DNA of 64,000 nt from Heteronotia binoei (taxonomy: Eukaryota). Positions within the stretch are counted from its first letter, which is position 1; every line of letters begins with the position of its first letter. The notes under the pieces are model-generated. The model saw nothing but the letters and a program-made list of their open reading frames with translations, was not told the DNA's origin and searched no databases. Of this stretch, positions 48,880 through 60,477 are shown piece after piece. Location: contig NC_083224.1 of assembly GCF_032191835.1 (NCBI RefSeq), forward strand, positions 123,504,001 to 123,568,000, read 5' to 3'. The position numbers were made by a program, and so were the translations under genes.

Positions 48880-49091
48880 ATTTAGAGGGAAAACGGAAGA
48901 ATAGTGACTGCACCCAGTTAAGTAATTTCTGTCTGGATCTGTGTGTGTGTGTGTGTGTGGTGATGATAATGATGATGATGATGCCTGCAGGTTTTGGTGA
49001 CTGATCTAGTTGGGGATTATATTCCAAGATTCAAATTCAGTCAGACAAATGGTCTGTTCCTGCTTAATCTCTTAGCCGAGTTTGCCTCCTT

Positions 49092-49351
49092 TATCTAGAT
49101 TTTACAAACAGTCTGCTGGCTTTATTTAACATACACCTTCTGACTGAAACTGATATTCCCAGTAAATAACTCTTAGCTGAGAACTTGCTGGTCTTTTCTA
49201 AGATGGCAGGACACAGATAGGCTGCTTACTGAAGTCACAAAATGGAGGCAAAATGGTCACGACAACATCACTCTCCGCTGATACAAATGATTGTGACACC
49301 CCACTTCTGTATGTTAAATAAAGCCAGCAGACTGTTTGTAAAATCTAGATA
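49092..49351. mobile_element. Short element with perfect 43-bp inverted termini (Tc1/mariner-like MITE)
   Basis: 49092-49134 is the exact reverse complement of 49309-49351; outer TA on both sides. Confidence 0.75.
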
Positions 49352-49776
49352 GATTTCTCATGAATTAATACTAAGGTTAAGAAAATTAAGGATTGTAAAA
49401 ATATTCCTTTTTGAAGGAGCTGTGTTGCATTAAATCTATGGTATGTATAAACAATTACTATATTCAGAGAAAACCAGATTCCAGACATGAAGTATAGCTA
49501 TTTTAAATTCATACCACTTGGATTCTATGGCAGCACTCTGGATGCAATATCCTTTTCTTTTCTACAAAACACAAACATCTGTTTAATTTAATTATGGAAG
49601 CATGTGAGTTCAATGAAACTGGTGTGCTTTTTCAGTCTCTATGACCATAATTCCTTTTAATATTAGATCTTTTGTGCTATATTACCTGTTTTGTGCATAG
49701 CTATTGTTTCTTCAAAATATAATTTATTATTATTTTGTGGCTATGTCTAAGCAACCTTTCTCATTTTTTGTTACAG

Positions 49777-49839
49777 CGAATATTCAACTCCTTTGTATAC
49801 ACAGAAAAAATCTCAAATGGAGAGAGTGAAGTTCAGCAG
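49777..49839 (+). CDS. Candidate internal exon of an unidentified plus-strand gene
   Basis: Strong acceptor (ttttttgttacag|) and donor (cag|gtaaga); 63 nt, open as RIFNSFVYTEKISNGESEVQQ; protein not recognised. Confidence 0.5.
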
Positions 49840-51169
49840 GTAAGAACTGTTTTCCTAAACAGTGTATCTTGTGGATGTTTGTGGTAGTAGATATTGTGTT
49901 TCACATTAGTGTAGAACACAGTAGAACATTTAGGACTTAAAAACATACTTACTTTGACATGAGACAGAATGTTTATTTTGTGCAGCTCCACCACTCTCCT
50001 TTAGTGTGCTGGATAACTCACACCAGTATGGTTCTTTTACAGAGCTATATTTTTAAAAATATTAAAAACAACAGATCTGTGCTTTGAACCTAATGTTCAT
50101 GAATTTTAAAAGAAAACATTTCAAAACATCTAAAATGAATAATTTCTGATGTTCTTGTATCTCTGGATATTTTTCTTCTACCCGACAGTGGTGAGGTAGA
50201 TATTTTCCAGGTTATCAGGAAGGACCATTGAGTTATCATGAAGGCCTGTCTCTATCCAGAGGTTTATAAAAAATTGGTTTCCTAGAACAGTGGTTTCTTA
50301 ATTGAACTAATAAGATATGTTTAATCCCAGTATGTTAAATAGGCTTGGCGTAAAAAGAAAGTGAGGAACTCCAATGGCTAAATGCATAGATTTCTTGAAC
50401 TGTTTTGTGCCCAGGGTGTGTTTTTGGAAAATACATTTTTTTGCTACTGTATGGGTGACAATATCGTAAGAGGACAAAGATGTACAGCTTCTTCTCAATG
50501 CATTCTGCAAAAAGCAAACAAATAAACAAGAACCCAACAACATCAACAACTAGGGAGCAAATCCACCCAAAGAGAATTTCCATTTCACCCAAATACTTTG
50601 TACTAGAACTAAATTATTTCAGTTACTTGTGGATTTGAAGGGGTTTTTTTTTTGGGGGGGGGGGGGGAGTTGCATTTTCATTTTAAGTTGGCTGCTGTTA
50701 AGGTTTTTGTTATGCATATTATTTCACGAGTGCTATGATCCTTCCCCCCAAAAAGTAATTTTTCTTTATTGATGAGACATTTTTTCCCGTTTTGCTTTGT
50801 TGTCTGTGTATGGATGCATTTAGATTAGGCCAGTGATCTTCTAGTAAGCTTCTTTAAATCAAGAAAATGCTGTTCAAGCCTCCTGAAGTGTAAATATGAA
50901 ACAAAACAAAACAGTTCATCTGGAAGTACTTCCACTTGTTGTCAGCCTAGGGGGTGGGGTAGATCAAAGGATTATGGAATGAGCAATGCCATGTGGGCCT
51001 ACAGAGAAGGACCACTAGTAAGTAAACAGCTTGTAAAAAAGAAGCAACTGAGTCACTTATTCCTAGCATTGATGATATACATGAAAGACTTCAAGAGTTT
51101 TTATTTTGCACTCATTAGAATGAGCAAGGAAATAGTTTGGCACATTGTTTTGTAAAATGGTCAAAGCAT

Positions 51170-52640
51170 TAAGAACATAAGAGAAGCCATGTTGGATCAG
51201 GCCAATGGCCCATCCAGTCCAACACTCTGTGTCACACAGTGACCTATACACACACACACACACTGTGGCTAATAGCCACCGATGGACCTCTGCTCCATAT
51301 TTTTATCTAACCCCCTCTTGAAGCTGGCTATACTTGTATCCACCACCACCTCCTGTGGCAGTGAATTCCACATGTTAATCACCCTTTGGGTGAAGAAGTA
51401 CTTCCTTCTATCCATTTTAACCTGACTGCTCAGCAATTTCATTGAATGCCCACAAGTTCTTGTATTGTGAGAAAGGGAGAAAAGGACTTCTTTCTCTACT
51501 TTCTCCATCCCATGACCATCTTGTAAACCTCTATCATGTCACCCCGCAGTCGACATTTCTCCAAGCTAAAGAGCCCCAAGCGTTTTAACTTTTCTTCATA
51601 GGGAAAGTGTTCCAACCCTTTAATCATTCTAGTTGCCCTTTTCTGGACTTTTTCCAATGCTATAATATCCTTTTTGAGGTGCGGTGACCAGAATTGTACA
51701 TGGTATTCCAAATGAGACAGCACCATCGATTTATACAGGGGCATTATGCAGTTTTGCCACCCAGCTGTCTACTTGCCTAAGGATCGAATCACCAACTACC
51801 AAGACACCCCCCCTCCCTGCCCAGGGATGGTTCCTTGGTGCGAAAGGATACCCACTCATAAACTGAAGAAGAGGTCCCTTCTGAGGGCGCATTCCCCTTA
51901 TCCTCAGCACGGTGCCCTGTTCCCTCTCGACCCTCATGCTCCCTGGCAGCAACGGGGCTGCCACGTTCAGAGTGGAGCTCATCTAATACGTCCCTGAGAG
52001 TCTTCTCTGAGTGCCTAACTGACTGTCTCTGCTTCTCCAGGTCAGTCACCTCAGCCTCAAGGGTACGAACTCGTTCCCTGAGGACCAGGAGCTCCTTGCA
52101 TTGAGCACACACCCAAGACTTCTATCCTGTGGGCATACATGTGACACTCAGTGCAAAACATTGGGAAGCTCCCACACCCCTGCTGGCATTCTACCTTCAT
52201 GATAGCTTTTTTAAAATATACAGTCCTTTTTAAAATCTTGTTTGTTTATGTGGCTCTCCTTCTGGAGGGTCTACTTACCTTATTGGGAACACAAGAAAAA
52301 TAGGGATCTGGGTTCCTGGTCCTTACACAGCCCCCAGACTAAGAGCCACAGGCCAAGAGCCCTTTAACTCTCGCCCTTCGGCTCGTTCCAAAGGCTCGCG
52401 CCTCTGGCAAGGCACAGCTTAATAATGTAAAGAGGGTGGGGAACACAGCCACTCCTAATCGATCAGCAACAATCACCTTCAATCACCTTCAGCCCACTCA
52501 AACCAAACAGACAGCAGTTCCCCAGCAACCACAAACCCAGAATTTTCAGCAGTTATACAAACTCAGAAATTCTCAGCAACTTCCCCAGCTTCTTAGAAAG
52601 CCAAACCTCACCCTGCTTAGAAAGCCAAACCTCATTGTAT
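51170..52640 (-). mobile_element. CR1 LINE, internally deleted (5' UTR and ORF1 start fused to ORF2 end)
   Basis: ORF1 CAQCKELLVLRERV and esterase VLVVGDSILR join near 51748 to ORF2 MPLYKSMV...[10 protein letters not shown]...LEKVQKRAT; CR1 3' end taagaacataagag. Confidence 0.85.
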
Positions 52641-52877
52641 TTCAAGCTTTCTTCCTTGAGAAATCACTTTCCGCAAGGACTTGTCCATGAAGGAAATCTC
52701 CTGTATTGCAGAATGTACTGGAGAGAGTGCATATAGTTCATATGAAGCACTGAAAATGTCTTTTGGGTTGAAGTATCAAACTGTGGAAAAGGACTGTAGG
52801 TTTCTGTAATGATTACCTATAACAATGTTGCTGAAGTTGTCATTCCCTAATAGTTTCCAGCCCAAGATAAACAATTA

Positions 52878-55800
52878 TTTATTTATTATTATTATTTGTT
52901 TATTTATATTCCGCCCATTCCCCCATAGGGGCTCAGGGTGGAGCACAACATAAATAATAAAATCACAATAAAATCACAGCAGCATAATGATAAAAAGCCA
53001 ATTACAATATTCAATACAACAGAATAGTCCGGCAGAACAATATGATAAGATGGGTTCGCAGGACAGTGCAGCAATCAGCGCAGTAGCACAGCATAGTAGG
53101 GGAGGCCAACCGATCTAATGGATAGATGCCCGCCGTCTCATCCGAAGGCCTGGTGGAACAGTTCCGTTTTACAGGGCCTACAAAAGGTTAGCAAGCCAGG
53201 TAGGGCCTGGATCTCTATAGGGAGCTGATTCCACCAGGTTGGGGCCAGGACTGAGAAAAGACCTAGCCCTGATAGAGGCACGACGGGCATCTCTTGGGCC
53301 GGGGACAGTCAGCCTATCTTGGGAGGCCGAACGAAGCGATCTCCGAAGCATATACAGGAAGAGACGGTCCCACAGGTATGTTGGTCCCAGGTTGCGTAAG
53401 GCTTTAAAAGTCAGAACCAACAGCTTGAAACGGATCTGGTACTCTACAGGCAGCCACGGAGCACCGGCTGCATAGGTATAGGTGATGCACCAGTATAGGT
53501 GATGCATCTGTATAGGTGATGCAGTCAGCAGGTGAGCTGCCGCGTTCTGCACCCGCTGCATTTTCTGGATCAGTTTCAAGGGCAAGCCAGCGTAGAGCGA
53601 GTTACAGTAATCTGGTCTGGAAGTGACCATTGCATGGGTCACTGTGGCCAGGTCTTGGGGGGATAGATATGGTACTAGCTGCCTGGTCTGCCTTCTACCA
53701 TCTACTGGCAGCTGCTGTTACCTGGGCCTCCATAGAAAGTGAGGCAGGATCACTCCTAAACTCTTCACCTGTTGGGTCGGCACTAAAACCACGCCACCCA
53801 AGGGTGGGAGCTGGGTATACAACCCCCCCCCTCGACTTAGGCACAGGACCTTTGTCTTAGTTGGATTTAACTTCAGAGCTCTGCTGTAGCCATCCCGCTA
53901 CGGCTCCTAATGCCTCGGACAGGTGTTCAGGGGCAGAAGACAGTCTGCCATCCATCAACAGATAGAGGTGGGTGTCATCAGCATACTGGTGATGACCCAG
54001 ATCGAAACCTTGGGCAATCCGGGCAAGGGGGCGCATATAGATTTTAAATAATATGAGCGAGAGAATAGCTCCCTGTGGCACTCTGCATATAAGTGGGTGT
54101 CGCATGGAGGTCTGCTCGCCCAGCATCACCCTTTGTCCCCGTCCCCAGAGAAAGGAGGAAAACCATTGCAAGGCTACCCCCACCCCCATATTTCGGCAAG
54201 GCAGTGGGTCAATAGATCATAGTCGACTGTGTCAAACGCTGCTGACAGGTCGAGAAGAATCAGCAGCGCTGACCCACCTTGGTCCAGATGTCTTCTTTTT
54301 AAATTTTTTTTTAAATTTTCCTTTATTATTATATTCTATAATCCACATATAACAAACATTACCAACCAATAGACACACCCACCACCACCAAATTTAAAGG
54401 GACATAAAGATAACTTGCTAACAATTATTTCTTATTCTATCTATTCAAATCTTAAGTTTTCCACCCAATCATACACCGGTTTCCATGTGTCTTTGCATTC
54501 CTTCATATTTCCATCTCTCAACCTCGTGGTTAGAAAATCCATTTCCACGGTCTCCAATAATTTAACTATAAATTCATTTCGCTTTGGTTGTCCAGATGTC
54601 TTTTTAAGTCATCTGTGAGTGTGACTAGTACCATCTCTGTCCCATGGCCCAGATGGAAATCAGATTGGAATGGGTCCAGGATGTATATTTCATCTCAGCT
54701 ACCTTTCCCAGGAACGATTAGTTTGAAACTGGGTGGTAGTTAGCTAGAACCGTAGGGTCCAGCGAGGGTTTTTTCAAAAGTGACTGAATTACTGCCTCCT
54801 TCAGTTTCTCTGGGAATGTCCCGATTGTCAGGGACAAGTTAACAATATCACCCAGAGAAACTCTGATATCATCCTGGTAGGCCTTCACAAGCCAGGATGG
54901 GCAGGTGTCCAGGGGGCAGGTAGTAGGCTTCACTGCAGCCACGACCCTGTCTACATCCTTTAATGTGAGTTGACTAAAGCGGTCCAGTATTTGACTGGGC
55001 GACAGCCAAGGGGCTTCCAGTTCGTGTACTGCATCAACCATGGCTGGGAGGTCCTGGTGGAGAGTCAAAATTTTATCTGCAAAATATGTTGCAAATGCTT
55101 CAGAACAAATATCCAATTCCCTGTCTTTTTGGTTGCTTGATGGCAGAGTTGTCAGAGACCGAATTACTCTAAATAGTTGAGCTGGGTACGACTTCGCAGA
55201 CTCTATGGAAGCCGCGTAGAAATTTTTCTTAGCGGACTTCACAACCTTCTGATAGACTTTCATAAGTGTTCTATTAAAAGTTCTAGACTCTTTGTCACGA
55301 GCAAACCGCCACACTCGGTCTAACTGTCTAAGCTGTCGTTTCATCCTTAGCAGGCCCAAAAAATATCAGGGAGCTGCCTTGGTACGACAGCGAAGAGGGT
55401 ACTGGGGCGTGATGTCGTCGATGGCAGTGGAGAGCCGGGAATACCAGTCTTCCACAAACTCATCTAATGACCCACCAGGGAGCATCGGGTCCCGCAGGGC
55501 CTCCTGAAACCGCTCTGGGTCCATTTGACTCCATGGGCGAGCATGAATCCGCTCTCCGCCGAAACAGGGCTGGAGTTGAGGGTCCAGTCAGACTTTCAAG
55601 GCATAGTGGTCTGACCATGGAACCGTGTTTGCTGTTACCAGATCCACCAATATCCCTGCCCCAAAGATCAGATCCAGTATGTGCCCGGCCTGGTGTGTGG
55701 GGGCCAATACAAATTGGCTGAGCCCCAATGTCTCCATGGACGACACCAGGTCCTGAGCCTGCAAGGAAGCTGCATCATCAATGTGGGCATTGAAATCCCC

Positions 55801-56220
55801 CAGAACTAAAAGTCTGGGGAAGTGCAATGTCCAGGTGGACATCATGTCCAGCAGGGCAGGTAGGCTCTCTGACGGTGTGTTAGGCGGTCGGTATACCACC
55901 CAGATTGCCACACTCTCCTCGGCTTCCCACACCAGGCCAGTGCACTCTATGCCAGCGATGTTTGGGTCAGGGAGTGCCCTGAAAGAAAAAGAGTCTCAAA
56001 TGAGCACAGCAACTCCTCCCCCCAGCCCACTTGTCCGAGACTGGTGGAGGACGGCAAACCCAGGCTGGGCAAGCTGGTTCAAGGCAGTGTCGCCTTCCCC
56101 TACCCAGGTCTCTGTCATACATGCCAGGTCCATTTGCTGCTCCATGATGAAATCCCACCGCAGAGCGGTCTTATTATTAAAGGACCTGGCATTAATCAGC
56201 ACCATGGGTAATTCATCCTA
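52878..56220 (-). mobile_element. L2 LINE with nearly complete, degraded ORF2 (APE endonuclease and RT)
   Basis: LINARS, ETW, GGGVAV, LGDFNAH, THQAGHILDLIF and SDH (endonuclease); GVPQG-like, QYADD and TSRPDYCN (RT); AT-rich L2 tail. Confidence 0.88.
54295..54589 (-). mobile_element. L1 3' fragment nested in L2
   Basis: Minus strand encodes ...VEMDFLTTRLRDG...DTWKPVYDW* (L1 ORF2 C-terminus), then an A-rich tail; 13-bp TSD gtccagatgtctt (54282-54294 / 54590-54602). Confidence 0.8.
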
Positions 56221-56789
56221 GCCCCACAATCAACATGCCTTGGGATGGGACATAGGTTGGAGGAAGTCTGAGCATTTCCATATCTCCGATTCCCTCCTTG
56301 TCTTCGTAACCTATGCCCACCATTGTACCTTCCCTGCCCAGTTATGACCGGAATCCCCGACCCTAGCATGGCCTCCCCAATGCAGCACTATTTGGCCCAA
56401 GGAGGCCCTGCTAGCATCTGCTGGTAAAGTCCACAGTAGATCTCCCATATTCTAATCTTAATACAACTTAAAATCTTGGATGTGCAATCCAGGCCAAAAA
56501 AAGAACTACTTCTCTCTGTCCCTCTGATGTCCTTCCTTCCCTCCATGAGTTCCACTTAGGCTCCCTCTCCACATCCAGGTGCCTATCTGTGGATAGGCAT
56601 TGTGGGGAAACAGTTCCCCTCTCCCCTTTTTGTGTGTGCAAAATGTCGTTTTCTTAGAACTTCACCAATGTTCTAAGTGTTTCTGATAGGAGACCCAAGA
56701 CATACAGCTGGGACCATGTACCCTACCATCTGACCTTCAGGTGTTGTGGTTTATTTAGTGCTTAGGAGGGGCTATGATTGGTACTAAAT

Positions 56790-57100
56790 TGTGCTAGGGC
56801 TTCAAAATCAGGTAGAAAAGCCCTGGAAAAGCCCTGGCTCTGGTTGAGAACAGCCCAATGTTATTAGGTCAAGTCAGTTGTTATCAGCAGAACGTAAAGC
56901 TCTTCAGGGAACATACCAGAGGAGGTGGTCCTGTAGCTACGTGGTTTGAGACCACTCAAGGTCTTAAAGGTCAGTATCAAAATCTGATTTGGTACTCCAC
57001 TGGAAGCCAGTGCAACTGGCCCAGCACAGGTTGAATGCGAGCTGTCTGTGGTGTTCCTATCAGGAGTCGTGCTACCGCATTCTGAACCATTCTGATACAA
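56790..57100 (-). mobile_element. L2 3' fragment
   Basis: QILILTFKTLSGL, similar to the L2 RT C-terminus (FKVLVLTFKAL). Confidence 0.6.
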
Positions 57101-58671
57101 TGTTACTTACATGGGAATCACAAGGCTAATAGGAATCTTTACCTGAACAATCCATACTTTCCCATTGTCCCTAGTAAGGAAGTGTACAGAGTCCTGCTTT
57201 CAGGCATGGTATGTCCCCTGGTGAGCTCCTCACTTGCTTACTTTGTGAGTACATTGCTAATTCAGTCACAGATACAGCATTCAAGTTGGAATTCCTGGTA
57301 GGTGTTTATCTCTGGTGTTCTAGGGAAGGTTATCTATAAGACCATAAATATTTATTATCTATTTATGGTTATCTATAGGAACATAAATATTAATATGCTG
57401 TAGTTCCTATATTTACTGTTAGCTTTGAGTGTGTGTTGTGTGAAGTGCTCACTTTGTGCTAAGTGTCCCCTTTTGCCAAAATGCCTTATTACCGAAGTCT
57501 CCATGTGTGTGCTTCTCATTGTCTAAACGTTATGTCAAAGTGATGTATATCCAAGTCATGTCTCTTGCTGGTTTATTTGGGGGTTTTTTTGCAGTTTCTT
57601 TTTCCAGACAGCCTGGTGTTGATTCAAGCAAAGCTGGGGGTGGAGACTTAGAAACACCCATGGCACTTGTCCATAGTTTGATTGGCAGCTCTGGGTGCCA
57701 ATCATGGAGCTCCCATTCTGCTCTATGGGAGCAGACATCCTGACTCAGCTGCTTTCACTTTTCAGCACGAAAAGAGAAGAGTTAGTTGTTGTGAGAGCTG
57801 AAGCTGAGCTTTCTCGGGGGCATCTGCTTTGGAAGGCTACATTCCAAATCCAATCTTTGCCAAAATTGGATGGCAGGTGGAAGGTAGCCTTCTGAAGACT
57901 GCTGGTGGGTTTGCCATCTCTACCTCACAAGGGGTCTGTTCTACACTTCCTGAACCAAACAAACCACAAACTGGTTTGGGCAATCAAATGAATCAACATG
58001 AACCAGCATTTCCCCAATTTGTGCCCATCTCTACCATGAACCAAAAGAACCACATGACTACTGTACACCCCACCAAAACAGGTATATACAACTATAACCT
58101 TTTAAATGATCAGAACGCCTCTGAGCATGTAGGGTAGTTATCCCCACAGCTCTGCTGAACATTAGCCATGTAACTGTGAGGGAAGAGGGTGCAAGTTAGA
58201 CTTATGACATATAACAGTGGGCAAGCTTTCAAGTTCTTCAGAACTGTTTATCAGGATGGATATTAAAAATAAATGCTTCCTTGTGTCAGAAATTCCCTTC
58301 AGCAATGGCTGTTTCAGCATGGTAACCATCAGCCAACCATAAGCCCCATCAGTCAACAGCCTTGCAACAGTTTCCTAGAACATAGGGCAGATGAAGATCC
58401 TGTGTATTAGTGAGTTTCCTGTATTGTGCAGGGGGTTGGACTAGATGACCCTGGAGGTCCCTTGACTCTATGCCATATTGGGGGGACTGTGCTTGGAAAG
58501 AGCCATAGCTGACATTTTGAAGAGCCACATGCAGCTTCTGAGCCACTGAGTCAGTGTCACTGGGCTAATGGAATGAAAAAAGCACCAGCCTGCAACAGGC
58601 CCTTGATACCATCAGGGCAGCTTGAGACTGCATATAGATTCCAGAGCAGACGGCACTTCCACTGACACAAG

Positions 58672-60205
58672 AAGTAAGTAAAGTAAGTAAGTAAAGTAAA
58701 ATTTTATTTATATCCCGCTCTCACCCACCAAGCAGGCTCAGGGCGTCTAACAACAAGAAAAACAACAACAATACATTAACAAACCATTGCATTAATAAAC
58801 ATTAGCTTAGCCTTAAAAACCAGTTAATACATTAATTAAAAACCATTATTAATCTAATTACATTAAATTAAGTTACATTAGTTAAATCTAGTTGTATTAT
58901 TATCGCTGACGCTATATCTGTCAGTTGGTATCAATGGCGAATATTTCTTGTTGTGCACTTGTAATTTAGCTATTTGGAAACGCCAGTTTAAAGAGAGTGG
59001 TCTTGCAGGCCCTGTGGAATTGATCGAGGTTCCGCAGGGCCCGCACCTCCTCTGGGAGCTGATTCCAAAGATACGGGGCCGCAGAAGAAAAGGCCCGTGT
59101 GCGGGTGTTTTGGAGTTTGATTTCTTTTGGCCCAGGGGTAGTCAATCTGTTTTTTCCTACTGACCTCAATGCTCTCTGGGGCTCGTACGGGGAGAGACGG
59201 TCCTTCAGGTAGGCTGGTCCTCGGCCATATAGGGCTTTAAAGGTAATGACCAGCACTTTGTACTGGACCTGGTATACAATCGGTAGCCAGTGCAGTTCAC
59301 GTAGCCCCGGCCGTATATGTTCCTGTCTTGGGAGACCAAGCAACAGTCTGGCCGCCGCGTTCTGCACTAGTTGTAACTTCCGGGTCCGGCACAGAGGCAG
59401 CCCCATGTAGAGGGCGTTACAGTAGTCCAATCTTGAGGTGACCGTCGCATGGATCACCATTGCTAGGTCCTGACGCTCTAGGAAAGGGGCCAACTGCCTC
59501 GCCCGCCTCAGATGGAAAAATGCCGACATGGCAGTGGCTGTTATCTGGGCCTCCATTGATAGTGAAGGCTCCAGTAAAACACCCAGACTCTTCACCCGCT
59601 GCGCCGTCTTTAGTGGCGCACCGTTGAAGGTCGGGAGAGATATTTCCTTCCCCAGAGTGCCACGACCCACATAGAGAACCTCTGTCTTCGCTGGGTTTAA
59701 CTTCAGCCCACTCAGCCTAAGCCACGTTGCAACAGCCTGTAGGGCCCGGTCCAGGTTCCCCGGGGTGGAGGCGGGCCGGCCGTCCATTAGCAGATAGAGC
59801 TGGGTGTCATCTGCATATTGATGACAACCCAGCCCAAACCTCCGGGCAATCTGGGCAAGGGGGCGCATGTAGATGTTAAATAACAACGGGGAGAGAACTG
59901 CTCCCTGAGGCACCCCACAGTATAGTGTGCACCTCTGGGATCGTTCACTCCCAATCACCACCCTTTGTCCCCGACCCATGAGGAAGGAGGAGAGCCATTG
60001 TAAAGCCAACCCCCTAACCCCTATGTCGGCGAGGCGGTGGATCAGTAGCCGATGGTCGACCGTATCAAATGCAGCCGACAGATCTAATAACATCAGCACT
60101 GCTACACCGCCTCGATCCAGTTGCCATTGGAAGTCATCCACCAAGGCGACCAGGACCGTCTCCGTTCCGTGGCCCGGCCGGAAACTGGACTGGCACGGGT
60201 CTAGG
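58672..60205 (-). mobile_element. Young 5'-truncated L2 LINE with uninterrupted RT C-terminal ORF (58966-60144)
   Basis: 392-aa open frame LLDLSAAFDTVDH...GVPQGAVLSP...QYADDTQ...TSRLDYCN...LVQNAAARL; (tact)n-type tail. Confidence 0.92.
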
Positions 60206-60477
60206 ACAGAAGAAAGGGTCTGCCATTTCTAAGGCTTTCTCCTGTGAGCATCCTCTTCTCCCCTGACATCCCACACTGTACCAGAGAATTTGTGGATCCT
60301 CAGGAGTAGCTTTGCAAGGAAGATTGGGGAAGGCAGGGCAGATCTATTTCTTGGGATCCAGTGCAGTGTGTGAGGCAGTCTTGAAGCAGCATATGGCATG
60401 AGAAAGGTAAGATTATAGGATGTATGTGGAATCTTAATGAAAACTAATTTATCTGAGATTACAAAACCAATAAAAAT

